63,786 nucleotides of DNA, filler included, from Thermodesulfobacteriota bacterium (GCA_036381125.1; 8 parts of 8 records of this genome joined end to end with filler, not necessarily neighbours in it), one strand, 5' to 3'; positions 36,715 through 47,119 are shown, numbered from the whole stretch's first letter. The notes: a model not told the origin generated them from the letters alone. Translations and numbers: made by a program.

Positions 36715-37632
36715 GTGGCACGGCAGGGGAGACACGAGAAGGGCCTCACGCTCGTCGAGCTCATGATGGCGATCGCGCTGTCGCTCGTCATCGGGGCGGT
36801 GGGATACGTCTTCTACGCGACCACCGTCACCTTCGCGGCGACGCAGGGGCGCGCCGCCGCCATGCAGGCCGACATCCGCGTGGCGGCCGACATGCTGTCG
36901 CGCGACATCCGGAACGCCGGCTTCGGCATCCTCGACCCGTTCGCCCGCGAGGTGATCGGCGCGACCCCTCCCGTCGCGCCGGCGAACAACGTCGACTCCG
37001 GCGTCGACGGCATAGGCCAGACCGACCGGATCACGCTGCGAGGCGGGTACGTCATCGCCGGGGCGCTCATCGCCGACGCCACGCAGGGCGCGACGACCAT
37101 CAGGCTCACGCCGCAGGCCGGGATCGACCCGCAGACCCTGAACGGCCAGACGATCACGATCGAGGGCTTCTACACCGGAACGGCCGGGGCCTGGACGTCC
37201 GCGACGAACACGCTCGCCATCTCCCCCGGCCTCACCCGGGACTTCAACGCGGGCGACGCCGTGGTGATCGTCCGGACGGTCTCCTGGTCGGTGGCGGTGC
37301 CGACCGGCGAGACGGAGCCGGCCCTCTTCCGCGACGACGGCGGCGGCGCGGGGCCCCAGATCGTCGCGCGCGGCGTCGAGGACCTCCAGTTCGCCTACCT
37401 GCTCGCGAACGGGACCGAGGCGAACGGCCCGGTGCTGCCGGCGCTGCCGGCCTGGCCCACGGTGCGGGCGGTGCGGTTCACGATCGTGGCGCGGCGACCC
37501 GAGGCGCGAGCCGACCAGCGGGCCGTGTCGATCCGGCCGGCCGTCGAGGACCGGGGGGCCGGCGCGGCCGCCGACGCGTACCGGCGGCGGATCATCACGA
37601 AGGTCGTGGAGGTACGCAACCTTGGCGGGTAA
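36715..37632 (+). CDS. pilW: PilW-family minor pilin
   Basis: G|LTLVELM, RDIRNAGF, GVEDLQFAY, VRN end. Confidence 0.85.
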   Translation: MARQGRHEKGLTLVELMMAIALSLVIGAVGYVFYATTVTFAATQGRAAAMQADIRVAADMLSRDIRNAGFGILDPFAREVIGATPPVAPANNVDSGVDGIGQTDRITLRGGYVIAGALIADATQGATTIRLTPQAGIDPQTLNGQTITIEGFYTGTAGAWTSATNTLAISPGLTRDFNAGDAVVIVRTVSWSVAVPTGETEPALFRDDGGGAGPQIVARGVEDLQFAYLLANGTEANGPVLPALPAWPTVRAVRFTIVARRPEARADQRAVSIRPAVEDRGAGAAADAYRRRIITKVVEVRNLGG

Positions 37633-38212
37633 GCGGCAGACGCGGCGCCCGGCGCGCCGCCGGGGCGTCGCCCTGATCACGATCCTCCTGATGCTCTTCC
37701 TCGCCGCCGCCATCGGCCTCATGGTGCTGACGGTCAGCGAGACGGAGAGCCAGCTCGCGAGCACGAACCGGCGGACGACGCAGACGCTGCACGGCGCGGG
37801 GGGCGGCGCGGACACGGCGATCCCGGTCATCCGGTCGGTCGTCGACGCCAACGCGATCCCGAGCTTCCCGGCGTCGGTCGAGGTCGACACGAGCAACACG
37901 ACCGGCAACGCCGCCATCGACGACTTCGTCGAGGAACTGACAGGCGGCCCCGGCGGGGACGACACGGTCCAGTCGAAGCCGGACATCACGCTGGCGGGGG
38001 TCTTCCCGTCCCAGACGGTCCGGGTGGACGTGGACTACGCCGGCCAGGTCAGCCTGCCGGGCTCCGAGGTGGAGGAGTTCGCCGCCGGGTACCACAAGAA
38101 GACGGGCGGCGCGGGCTGCGCGTCCGGCAGCCTCTACTACGTCGACTCGCTGTCGCAAGGCGTCCTGCGGACCCAGTCGCGGGTCGGGCAGGCCTACTTC
38201 ATGTGCCCGTGA
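37622..38212 (+). CDS. pilX: PilX-like minor pilin
   Basis: RG|VALITIL without Glu5, positioned between pilW and pilY1. Confidence 0.7.
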   Translation: MAGKRQTRRPARRRGVALITILLMLFLAAAIGLMVLTVSETESQLASTNRRTTQTLHGAGGGADTAIPVIRSVVDANAIPSFPASVEVDTSNTTGNAAIDDFVEELTGGPGGDDTVQSKPDITLAGVFPSQTVRVDVDYAGQVSLPGSEVEEFAAGYHKKTGGAGCASGSLYYVDSLSQGVLRTQSRVGQAYFMCP

Positions 38213-38227
38213 GGCACCAGGGACGGC

Positions 38228-38572
38228 ATGGTCATGGGAACGAAGACGCTCGTGATGGCAACGCTCGTCGCACTCGCAACCGCCGTGGCAATGCCCGGCT
38301 CGGCGCCGGCCCACTCGCCCTACGAGCGGCTGCGGGAGAACACGCAAGCGGAGCCGCGAGACGTCGTCCACGGCGTGCTCGAGGGCCGCAACGACGAGGG
38401 GGTCGCGCTGAGCGGGGTCCGCTACGCTACGGCGCCGAACGTCGTGGTCTACGACGCGGAGGGGCGCGAGCGACCCAACGGGCTCCTCGGGGTGTCGCTG
38501 CCGGCCGACGCGCAGCTGACCATCGAGCACGACAGGGTCGTCGAGATCCGGCTGCTCGCCCTTCCCAGGTAA
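38228..38572 (+). CDS. small exported hypothetical protein
   Basis: signal peptide; sits in the operon before pilY1. Confidence 0.65.
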   Translation: MVMGTKTLVMATLVALATAVAMPGSAPAHSPYERLRENTQAEPRDVVHGVLEGRNDEGVALSGVRYATAPNVVVYDAEGRERPNGLLGVSLPADAQLTIEHDRVVEIRLLALPR

Positions 38573-38599
38573 GGGCTTGAAGAAGTGAGAGGTTGCACC

Positions 38600-41500
38600 A
38601 TGTTCACCCGACGGATTCTGCTCGGCGCCTTCACCGGCGCCCTCCTCTCGATCGCGGCCCCCGCGGCGGCGCAGACGATCGAAGACTACAGCGCGCTGCC
38701 GCCGTTCGTGGCGAGCCCGGTCACCCCGAACGTCCTGCTCATCATGGACAACTCGGGGAGCATGCGGCAGCCGGCGTACAGGCCGTCGACCGAGCCGTAC
38801 GATCCGTCGGTGAAGTACGGCGGCTACTTCAACAGCGACCTCTGCTACGACGGGAGCACCTCGAACGGGTTCACGGTCCACGTCCCGATCAGCGGGGCGC
38901 CGAAGCCCTGCGGCGCCACGGGCCACTGGGATGGGAACTTCCTCAACTGGTTCACCATGAGCCGGCTCGAGGTCACCAAGTACGTGATGATGGGGGGCAA
39001 GTGCGCCCCACGCGTCGCCGGGAACTGCTACCCGGGCGGCTCGCTCCGTTTCGAGTCTGACGTCTCGAGCAGCGAGGCGTACTTCTGGCAGGAGACGATC
39101 CCGGCAGCGGTCATGGCGGCGAACACGCCGATCACCACCTCTCGGTGCCTGCGGCGCGACTCGACCGAGCTCAGGGTGCGCAGCGGCAGCAGCTGCTCGA
39201 GCGGCACGTTCACGGACTACCCGCTCCGGGTGGAGGCCTTCGGGGCCGAGCCGAACGGGGTCATCCAGCAGATCGGCACCCGCGCGCGGTTCGGCCTCAT
39301 GGAGTTCACGTCGAGCAACACGGCCAACGGCGGCAAGGTGCTCTCCGTGGTGGGCGGCAACACGACGTCGATGGTCAACGCCATCGAGAACACGATCGCC
39401 TCCACCTGGACGCCGCTCGCGGAGTCGCTCTACGAGGCGAGCCGCTACTTCGCGCAGGTCCCGCCCGCCTACGCGAACTCGGATTATCAGACCAACACGT
39501 CGAACGACCCGTACTACTTCCAGCAGCCCGACTGGATCCCCAGCTCGCAGTACGTGCCGTGCTGCAAGAGCTTCGTGATCCTCTTCACCGACGGGCAGCC
39601 GACGAAGGACCAGAACATCCCGAGTGCCATCCGGAATTACGCGGTCACGGCGCTGAACCAGTCGAGCACCGGTCACCTCGACGTCTGCTCGTCGTACTAC
39701 GGCGGCTCGTCGAGCGACCCCTGCGTCAGCGACGGCTCGCACTACCTGGACGACGTCGCCCTCTGGGCGCACACGAACGACCTGCGCGCGTCGACTCTGC
39801 CGGTCATCGGCGGCTCCGGCAAGGACCTGCCGGGCATGCAGAACCTGACGGTCTACACGTTCTTCGCCTTCGGCTCGGGCGCGAGGATCCTCCAGGACGC
39901 GGCCAAGGCGGGCGGCTTCGACGACATCAACGGCGACGGCGTTCCGGGCCCGAGCTCGCTCGAGTGGGACAGGAACGGCGACGGGGTGCCCGATACGTAC
40001 TTCGAGTCGTCCGACGCCTTCGCCATGAGGGAGCGCCTCATGGCGGCCATCACGGACATCCTCGCCCGGAGCGCCTCCGGGACATCGGTCTCCGTTCTCG
40101 CGACCTCGTCGGGCGGCGAGGGGGCCGTGTATCAGGCGTACTTCTACCCGGCGCTCTTCGACGAAGGACGAGAGGTGAGCTGGCTCGGCTTCCTTCAGGG
40201 CATCTTCATCGACGACCAGGGCCGGCTGCGGGAGGACACCGACGAGGACGGCCGGCTCGTCCTCACCCGGGACCGCGTCATCCAGACGTTCTTCGACCCG
40301 CTGGCGAACGAGACGCGGGTGAGACGCTGGGCGGTCGACTCGAGCACCGGCGAGCCGACCGGCTCGCCCGAGACCATCGGCCTGCGCGACCTCCTGCCGA
40401 TCTGGGAGGCGGGTCGCGAGCTTGCCGAGCGGGACCTCGCCACGTCACCGCGCACGATCAAGACGTGGGTCGACCTCGACGGTGACGGCGTCGTCGACGA
40501 CGGGGAGTTCATCGACTTCGACACGGCGAACGAGTCGACGTTGAGGCGGTACCTCCGCGCGGCGAACTCGACCGAGGGGACCAACATCATCGAGTTCATC
40601 CAGGGCTCCGCGGTCACCGGTTACCGGTCGCGGCAGATCACGGTCCGGGGGACGAAGCGGACCTGGCGGCTCGGGGACATCATCTACTCGAGCCCGGTGT
40701 CGGTCGGCGCGCCGGCCGAGCGGTTCGACCTGCGCTACCGCGACCAGTCGTACCAGGCCTTCTTCGAGAAGTACAAGAACCGCCGCAACGTGGTCTACGT
40801 CGGCGCCAACGACGGCATGCTCCACGCCTTCAACGGCGGCTTCTTCAAGAAGGGGGACGACCCGTCGACGACCGACAGGGAGCAGGTCTGGTTCGCGACG
40901 ACCCCCACGGGCACCGGCTCGGGGACGCCGCTCGGCGCCGAGCTCTGGGCGTTCATCCCGCAGGAGCTGCTCCCGCACCTCAAGTGGCTCACCGGGGAGA
41001 ACTACGACAAGACGAAGCACGTGTACTACGTCGACGGCACGCCGCGCATCGTCGACGCGAAGATCTTCACCGAGGAGAGCGCCTGCACCACCAGCGGGCT
41101 CGACTCGGCCGGGTGCATCCACCCCGGCGGCTGGGGGACGGTGCTCATCGGCAGCATGCGGCTCGGCGGCGGCCTCATCCGGGCCGACCTCGACGGCGAC
41201 GGCAGCACGAGCGACCCGGGCGAGGACCGGTTCCGCTCGGCGTACTTCGCGCTCGACATCACCGACCCCGACAACGCCGACGCGAGCAAGCGGGTCAGGC
41301 TGCTCTGGGTCTACTGGGACGGCGACCTCGGGTTCTCCACGAGCTGGCCCGGGATCGTCCGGTCCGACGACACCACGTGGTACCTGGTCTTCGGCTCCGG
41401 GCCGCTCAGCTATACCGGCGAGCGGATCGCGTCGGCGACCGGCCCCACCGGCAACAAGTTCACGAGCGGGGCGAGCGAGTACGGCCAGGTCTACGTCGTG

Positions 41501-42457
41501 GACCTCGCCACCGGCACGCTCGTCCGCAAGATGCAGACGGATACGGCGGACCGGTACGCCTTCATGGGCGACCCGGTCGTCTACGACCTGCCGCGCGACT
41601 ACGTCCCCGACGTGATCTACATCGGCAAGGCGTTCGGGACCGCCGGGAGCCGGTCGGGGAAGCTCTACCGGCTCCTGCCGCGGGCCGCCGACTTCTCGTC
41701 GGTGGAGCTGACGGCGCTCTTCGACCCGGGCGAGCCGGTGCTCGTCAAGCCGACCGCGAGCATGGACCGGAACAACCGCCTCTGGATCTACGGCGGCACC
41801 GGCCGGTACTTCACCTCGGGGTCGAGCGGCGACGCGGCCGACTCGACCGCGCAGATGCTCTTCGGGCTCAAGGAAAGCGAGACCAGCCAGCACGGCTGCT
41901 GGAACCTGACCGGCTGGCTCGCCTCCTGCCCGGCCGCCCCCATCCCCGTCTCGACCCTCGTCGACGTGACCGGCGCGAGCGTGGAGGAGGGGGGCGCGCT
42001 CACGTGCGGGACCTGCGGGGGGGCGGCGACCGTCGGCGACCTCGTGGCCGGCGTCATCAACGGGGGGTCGCCGCCGAAGCAGGGGTGGTACATCAAGCTG
42101 ACGGGGGGCGAGCGCGTGCTCCAGGAGTCGACCGTCATCGGCGGCCTGGTGCTCGCGACGACGTTCACGCCGAACACCGACGTCTGCTCGCCGCAGGGCA
42201 CCAACGCGCTCTACTCGATGTACTACCAGTCGGGGACCGCGTTCACGTCCAGCACCATCGGCCTCGACGGGACCACGGTGCGGCGCAAGATCGCCCTCGG
42301 ACAGGGCATCGCGTCGAAGGTCAACGTGGTCGTGAGCGAGGGAACGGTCACCGGCCTCGTGCAGAGCAGCACGGGCGAGATCATCCAGGTGCAGGGCATC
42401 GGGCTCACCTCGAACATCCGGTCGGGGGTGCGCGCATGGCGCGAGATGAGCGACTAG
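38600..42457 (+). CDS. pilY1: PilY1/PilC type IV pilus tip adhesin
   Basis: signal peptide, DNSGSM/TPLAESL/FTDG vWA-like motifs, LGDIIYS.P, GANDGMLHAF, YYVDG, GTGRYF, GWY...GER. Confidence 0.92.
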   Translation: MFTRRILLGAFTGALLSIAAPAAAQTIEDYSALPPFVASPVTPNVLLIMDNSGSMRQPAYRPSTEPYDPSVKYGGYFNSDLCYDGSTSNGFTVHVPISGAPKPCGATGHWDGNFLNWFTMSRLEVTKYVMMGGKCAPRVAGNCYPGGSLRFESDVSSSEAYFWQETIPAAVMAANTPITTSRCLRRDSTELRVRSGSSCSSGTFTDYPLRVEAFGAEPNGVIQQIGTRARFGLMEFTSSNTANGGKVLSVVGGNTTSMVNAIENTIASTWTPLAESLYEASRYFAQVPPAYANSDYQTNTSNDPYYFQQPDWIPSSQYVPCCKSFVILFTDGQPTKDQNIPSAIRNYAVTALNQSSTGHLDVCSSYYGGSSSDPCVSDGSHYLDDVALWAHTNDLRASTLPVIGGSGKDLPGMQNLTVYTFFAFGSGARILQDAAKAGGFDDINGDGVPGPSSLEWDRNGDGVPDTYFESSDAFAMRERLMAAITDILARSASGTSVSVLATSSGGEGAVYQAYFYPALFDEGREVSWLGFLQGIFIDDQGRLREDTDEDGRLVLTRDRVIQTFFDPLANETRVRRWAVDSSTGEPTGSPETIGLRDLLPIWEAGRELAERDLATSPRTIKTWVDLDGDGVVDDGEFIDFDTANESTLRRYLRAANSTEGTNIIEFIQGSAVTGYRSRQITVRGTKRTWRLGDIIYSSPVSVGAPAERFDLRYRDQSYQAFFEKYKNRRNVVYVGANDGMLHAFNGGFFKKGDDPSTTDREQVWFATTPTGTGSGTPLGAELWAFIPQELLPHLKWLTGENYDKTKHVYYVDGTPRIVDAKIFTEESACTTSGLDSAGCIHPGGWGTVLIGSMRLGGGLIRADLDGDGSTSDPGEDRFRSAYFALDITDPDNADASKRVRLLWVYWDGDLGFSTSWPGIVRSDDTTWYLVFGSGPLSYTGERIASATGPTGNKFTSGASEYGQVYVVDLATGTLVRKMQTDTADRYAFMGDPVVYDLPRDYVPDVIYIGKAFGTAGSRSGKLYRLLPRAADFSSVELTALFDPGEPVLVKPTASMDRNNRLWIYGGTGRYFTSGSSGDAADSTAQMLFGLKESETSQHGCWNLTGWLASCPAAPIPVSTLVDVTGASVEEGGALTCGTCGGAATVGDLVAGVINGGSPPKQGWYIKLTGGERVLQESTVIGGLVLATTFTPNTDVCSPQGTNALYSMYYQSGTAFTSSTIGLDGTTVRRKIALGQGIASKVNVVVSEGTVTGLVQSSTGEIIQVQGIGLTSNIRSGVRAWREMSD

Positions 42458-43527
42458 GACGCCAGGCCGCGGGCGGCGCGCCGGGCCGCGGCGGCCGGCC
42501 GGGGCAGCCGACTCGGCCGGCAGTCGACGCCGCGGCGGAGGCGGCGCGGCGCGAGGCGGGCGGCGGCCGCAGTCTCCTCGCCGCGGGGGCCGCGGTCCTG
42601 GTCGTCGCGGCCGGCGGCTACCTGCTCCTGGGACGGGGGGCGAACCGGCCGCCCTCGGCCGATCCGGGGGGGGCCGGGGCCGGCCTCGTCGCGCAGGCCG
42701 CCGCCGGGCGGCCGGTTCTCACGCGGGTGGACCTCACGTCGCAGATGCCCGATCGCTCGGAGGAGCTGGCGGCGGTCGTCGAGGCGCGCGACCCCGACGG
42801 GGATCCCGTCACCTACGCCTACGAGTGGCTCGTCAACGGCGAGCCGGCCGGCGAGACGGGCGAGCGGCTGTCGCTCGCCACGTTCGCCCCGGGCGACCGC
42901 GTGGCCGTGCGGGTGACCGCCTTCGATGCCGAGGGGCCGGGCGAGACCCGGGTGAGCGCACCGGCGATCATCGAGAACCGGCTCCCCGAGCTGACGAGGG
43001 TCGACATCGCCCCGACGCCGCCGAAGCCGGGCGAGCCGCTCCGCCTCGAGATCGAGGCCGCCGACCCGGACGGCGACGAGGTGGCGTACGGGATCGAGTG
43101 GCTCGTGAACGACGAGATCGTCGCCGGCGCGGTGGAGCCGGTCCTCGACGGCTCGAAGGTCGTGAGCGGTGCGCGCATCGTGGCGGTGGTCACGCCGAGG
43201 GACCCGTACGGCGAGGGCCCGAAGCGGACGAGCCCCTTCGTCCAGGTCGGCAACCGCGCCCCCGAGATCACCTCCGCGCCGCCGGCCGGGCTCGACGGCG
43301 ACCGATTCCACTACCAGGTCGTCGCCGCCGATCCCGACGGCGACCCGCTCTCGTACCACCTGGAGGAGGGGCCGGCCGGCATGACGGTCGACCCGAAGAC
43401 CGGCGCCGTCGAGTGGAGCCCCACGCTCCTTCCCGGCGACACGGCCTCCGTCGCCGTCCGGGCCGAGGACGGCAAGGGAGGCCAGGCCGTCCAGCGCTTC
43501 ACCATCCAGACCCGGCAGTCCTCGTAA
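42436..43527 (+). CDS. membrane-anchored Ig-like repeat protein
   Basis: one TM helix then three DPDGD.....W/NR.P repeats. Confidence 0.75.
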   Translation: MARDERLGRQAAGGAPGRGGRPGQPTRPAVDAAAEAARREAGGGRSLLAAGAAVLVVAAGGYLLLGRGANRPPSADPGGAGAGLVAQAAAGRPVLTRVDLTSQMPDRSEELAAVVEARDPDGDPVTYAYEWLVNGEPAGETGERLSLATFAPGDRVAVRVTAFDAEGPGETRVSAPAIIENRLPELTRVDIAPTPPKPGEPLRLEIEAADPDGDEVAYGIEWLVNDEIVAGAVEPVLDGSKVVSGARIVAVVTPRDPYGEGPKRTSPFVQVGNRAPEITSAPPAGLDGDRFHYQVVAADPDGDPLSYHLEEGPAGMTVDPKTGAVEWSPTLLPGDTASVAVRAEDGKGGQAVQRFTIQTRQSS

Positions 43528-43695
43528 CCGAAAGCCGGGCGTCCCCACCCGGATCCTGCGGCGACGCCCGGCTGCCGCACCGCGTCACCGACTCTGAAGG
43601 AAGGTCAGGCCACCCGAGCCCTCGGGCGTGCGCCCGCATACGGAGGGCGAGGCCAAGTCGCCGTCCCCGCGGGAAAAACGGGCCAATCGGCCGCT

Positions 43696-43711
43696 TGGCT
43701 CGCTCCTTGCT
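43696..43711 (+). promoter_or_regulatory. sigma54 promoter
   Basis: TGGCTCG-CTCC-TTGCT upstream of HTH-pilMNOP. Confidence 0.65.
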
Positions 43712-43836
43712 CGGCACCCCCGGCGGGACGGGTCGGTCTCCGACCGACAATTACATACAACTGCGTCGGCAGATGCGCACGAGTGGCCCGTAAGTGAGGC
43801 GCCCGGCGCGAGGACGACCCGGATTCCGGAGGCCCT

Positions 43837-44052
43837 GTGAAGACCAACCTCCAGCGACTCCGCGAAGACCTGCTCATGAGCAAGGCCGAGCTGGCCCGCC
43901 GCGCCGGCATCTCGCCGATCACCGTCGATCGGATCGAGCGCGGCTACGGCTGCCGGCTCGACACGATGCGGAAGATCATCCTGGCGCTCGGGCTCAAGCC
44001 CTCGGACCGCGATCGGGTGTTCGGCTCCGGCGGCGCCAACGGCACGAAGTAG
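43837..44052 (+). CDS. XRE-family HTH protein
   Basis: MSKAELARRAGISPITVDRIERG; GGAGG RBS. Confidence 0.85.
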   Translation: MKTNLQRLREDLLMSKAELARRAGISPITVDRIERGYGCRLDTMRKIILALGLKPSDRDRVFGSGGANGTK

Positions 44053-44064
44053 GCGGGAGGCGGG

Positions 44065-45123
44065 ATGTTCGGCTTCGGCGGCAAGAGGCACCTCGTCGGG
44101 CTCGACATCGGGAGCAGCTCCATCAAGCTCCTCGAGCTCAAGGGCGTCCGGGGCGGCTACCAGCTCGTCCACTTCGGGCACGCGCCGCTGCACGGCGAGG
44201 CGATCGTCGAGGGCGCCCTCATGGACGCCGCGGCGGTGGCCGACACCATCCGCTCGCTCGTGCAGGCGCACAAGGTGAAGACGAAGGACGTGGCCACCTC
44301 GGTCTCCGGTCACTCGGTGATCATCAAGAAGATCAGCCTGCCGACGATGAGCGACAAGGAGCTGGCCGACCAGATCCGCTGGGAGGCGGAGCAGTACATC
44401 CCCTTCGACATCAACGACGTGAACCTCGACTTCCAGGTGCTCGACCGCGGCGGGGCGGGCGGCCAGATGGAGGTCATGCTCGTCGCGGCCAAGAAGAACA
44501 TGATCACCGACTACTCGGCGGTGGTCGCCGAGGCGGGGCTCAACCCGGCGGTGGTCGACGTCGACTCGTTCGCCCTCTCGAACATGTTCGAGGTCAATTA
44601 CCCCGAGGAGCGCGACCGCACCGTCGCCCTCATCAACATCGGCTGCTCGGTCCTGAACCTCAACGTCGTCAGGAAGGGGACCGCCGCCTTCAACCGCGAC
44701 GTGTCGATCGGCGGCAAGCAGTTCACCGAGGAACTGCAGAAGCAGTTCGGCCTCTCCGCCGAGGACGCCGAGGCGGCCAAGCTCGGCAAGGGGGGCGGCG
44801 GCGTGGGCAAGGACGACGTCCTCGCCGCGCTCCAGCCGGTGGCCGGCTCGATCGCCGGCGAGGTCTCCCGCTCGCTCGACTTCTTCGGCTCGACGGCACC
44901 CGACGAGCGGATCTCGAAGATCCTCCTCTCCGGCGGCGCCGCGCGGACGCCCGGCCTCGCCGAGGTGATCGCCGAGCGCACCGGCGTGCCGGTCGAGATG
45001 GCCAACCCGTTCAAGAAGATCGCCTACGACCCGAAGGTCTTCGACCCCGAGCACATCGAGTACATGGGGCCGTCCGCCGCGGTCGCGGTGGGGCTGGCCC
45101 TCAGGAAGGCGAACGAACGATGA
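44065..45123 (+). CDS. pilM: type IV pilus assembly protein PilM
   Basis: GLDIGSSSIK, EAEQYIPF, LSGG.A, AVGLALR. Confidence 0.95.
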   Translation: MFGFGGKRHLVGLDIGSSSIKLLELKGVRGGYQLVHFGHAPLHGEAIVEGALMDAAAVADTIRSLVQAHKVKTKDVATSVSGHSVIIKKISLPTMSDKELADQIRWEAEQYIPFDINDVNLDFQVLDRGGAGGQMEVMLVAAKKNMITDYSAVVAEAGLNPAVVDVDSFALSNMFEVNYPEERDRTVALINIGCSVLNLNVVRKGTAAFNRDVSIGGKQFTEELQKQFGLSAEDAEAAKLGKGGGGVGKDDVLAALQPVAGSIAGEVSRSLDFFGSTAPDERISKILLSGGAARTPGLAEVIAERTGVPVEMANPFKKIAYDPKVFDPEHIEYMGPSAAVAVGLALRKANER

Positions 45124-45755
45124 TCAGGATCAACCTGCAGACCGCCGGCCAGCGGAAGCAGAGGCGCCGCGCCGCGGCGGACGCCGGCGGCGGCAGCGGA
45201 GCCGTCCTGCCGGCGCTCATGCTGCTCGTGCCGATCGCCGGCGGCGCCGGGGGGTCGTACTACGTGCACGCGAACCTGCTCGGGCAGATCGAGGGCGTGC
45301 AGGACTCGATCCGGAAGGGCGAGGCCGAGCTGGCGCGGCTCAAGCCGATCCTCGACGAGATCAACCAGTTCAAGAAGGACCAGGCGCTGCTCGAGAAGAA
45401 GCTGGCCGCGATCGACGAGCTGCAGGCCGCCCGCATCGGGCCGGTCCGCGTCTTCGCGGAGCTGGCGGCCCTCATGCCGCCGCAGGTCTGGGTGACCTCC
45501 ATCCGCGAGAAGGGCGGCCGCACCACGATCGACGGGCTCGGGCTCGACAGCCAGAGCATCGCGATCTTCGCGAACGCGCTCGCCCGTTCGCCGTACTTCG
45601 CGAACGTCGAGCTGACGGCCGTGGACCAGGCGCAGTACCTCGGCCTCGACGTGAAGAAGTTCAACGTCACGTGCCGCTTCCAGAACCCGGCGGCGAAGCG
45701 CGCCGAGGCACAGGCGACCGCGGCGGGCGGCCAGCCGGCCGGCCGCGCCAGATAG
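45120..45755 (+). CDS. pilN: type IV pilus assembly protein PilN
   Basis: MIRINL motif, coiled coil, P.QVW, SPYF.NV. Confidence 0.9.
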   Translation: MIRINLQTAGQRKQRRRAAADAGGGSGAVLPALMLLVPIAGGAGGSYYVHANLLGQIEGVQDSIRKGEAELARLKPILDEINQFKKDQALLEKKLAAIDELQAARIGPVRVFAELAALMPPQVWVTSIREKGGRTTIDGLGLDSQSIAIFANALARSPYFANVELTAVDQAQYLGLDVKKFNVTCRFQNPAAKRAEAQATAAGGQPAGRAR

Positions 45756-45771
45756 CGGGGAGGGACGACAG

Positions 45772-46404
45772 GTGGGCAAGCTGCTCGACCAGTTCGCCGC
45801 GTTGAGCCTCGGCGTCCGCGCCGCCGTCTCGGCCGGGCTGCTCGTCCTGATCGGCGGCGGCTACTTCTACTGGCTCTACCTGCCGAAGTCGGCCGAGCTC
45901 GACAAGGCCAGGGCCAAGCTCGAGCAGGTCGAGAAGAAGGTCGCCGAGAGCCGCCGGACGGCCGCCCAGTTGCCGAAGTTCAAGGAAGATGTCCTCCGCC
46001 TGAACCAGGAGCTCATCGTGGCGCTGGCGCAGCTCCCGGAGCAGAAGGAGATCCCCGACCTCCTGGCGCAGGTGTCCCGGGTCGGTCAGGACTCGGGGCT
46101 CGCCGTGCTGTCGTTCCGGCCGGGCCCCGAGCGATCGCAGGGGCTCTACGCCGCCATCCCGGTCCAGATGAAGGCGACCGGTACGTTCCACCAGCTCCTG
46201 GTCTTCTTCGATCGGGTGAGCCGGATGCCGCGAATCGTGACCGTGTCCGACATCTCGATGACCGATCCGAAGGAGGCCAACGGGCGCTTCCGGCTGAACG
46301 CGACGTTCAACGCGACCACCTATCGATTCCTGCCCGACCCGCCGGCCTCGCCGCCGACGAAGCCGGGCGCGAAGGGCGCGAAGGGGGCGAAGCGTGGCAA
46401 GTGA
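45772..46404 (+). CDS. pilO: type IV pilus assembly protein PilO
   Basis: LPEQKEIPDLL, GTFHQL..FFD......RIV, TYRF. Confidence 0.92.
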   Translation: MGKLLDQFAALSLGVRAAVSAGLLVLIGGGYFYWLYLPKSAELDKARAKLEQVEKKVAESRRTAAQLPKFKEDVLRLNQELIVALAQLPEQKEIPDLLAQVSRVGQDSGLAVLSFRPGPERSQGLYAAIPVQMKATGTFHQLLVFFDRVSRMPRIVTVSDISMTDPKEANGRFRLNATFNATTYRFLPDPPASPPTKPGAKGAKGAKRGK

Positions 46405-46752
46405 CGCGATCACTCCTCGACGGCGCGCCGCCGGCCGGCGAGTCGTCCTCGCCGCGCTGACCGCCGCGGCGGTCGGCCTGTCGGGGTGCGAGCAGATCAA
46501 GGCGATCGGCGCCATGGTCGGCCTCGGGGGCGACGAGCCCAGGGCGGCGGCGACGCCGCCGCCGCGCGCTGCCCGGAAGCCGCCGGCGCGGCCGGCCGTC
46601 GCCGCCTCGCCCGGCGGAGTGACGCCCCCGGCGCAGCAGGCGGCCGCGGCCGCATCGCCGGCCGCGTCGGCCGCGCAGCCGGCGGCCCAGGCGCCGGCCG
46701 CCCAGCCGGCGCCGTCCCCCGCGGCGGCGGTGGCTGCCGCCCGGCCGGCGTC
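46394..46752 (+). CDS. pilP: probable PilP lipoprotein (truncated)
   Basis: LSGC lipobox, Pro/Ala-rich linker, follows pilO. Confidence 0.6.
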
Positions 46753-46852
46753 NNNNNNNNNNNNNNNNNNNNNNNNNNNNNNNNNNNNNNNNNNNNTTAA
46801 TTAATTAANNNNNNNNNNNNNNNNNNNNNNNNNNNNNNNNNNNNNNNNNNNN

Positions 46853-47110
46853 AGAGGCGCCGCCGGTGTCTCCGTCGCCGACGCTCCGCCCCCCTCCTGA
46901 CAACCTCCCCATCACGTCACTCGCTCCGGGCGGAGTGAATCCGGCCCTCGCTCCAGAGGCGCCGCCGGTGTCTCCGTCGCCGACGCTCCGCCCCCCTCCT
47001 GACAGGTCGTCAGCAGGCGCAGCGACTCGCGCCGCGCCGCGGCGCAACCTCCCCATCACGTCACTCGCTCCGGGCGGAGTGGATCCGCCCTCCGATCCAG
47101 AGGGGCGCCG
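46853..47110. repeat. about 102-bp tandem repeat (A-B-A-insert-B')
   Basis: 46853-46902 = 46955-47004; 46901-46937 = 47045-47081; offsets 102 and 144 are multiples of 3. Confidence 0.9.
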
Positions 47111-47119
47111 GTCGCTCAC
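46853..47119 (-). CDS. 5' end of the gene following the LeuC-like gene; N-terminus built from repeats (truncated)
   Basis: GTGA overlap with the upstream stop, GGAGG RBS, frame open to the contig end. Confidence 0.45.

Noticed and set aside
43528-43836. c-di-GMP or other riboswitch upstream of pilM
   Set aside because: Hairpins exist (43533-43573 and about 43732-43748), but I could not find a riboswitch consensus by eye; an Rfam scan would be needed.
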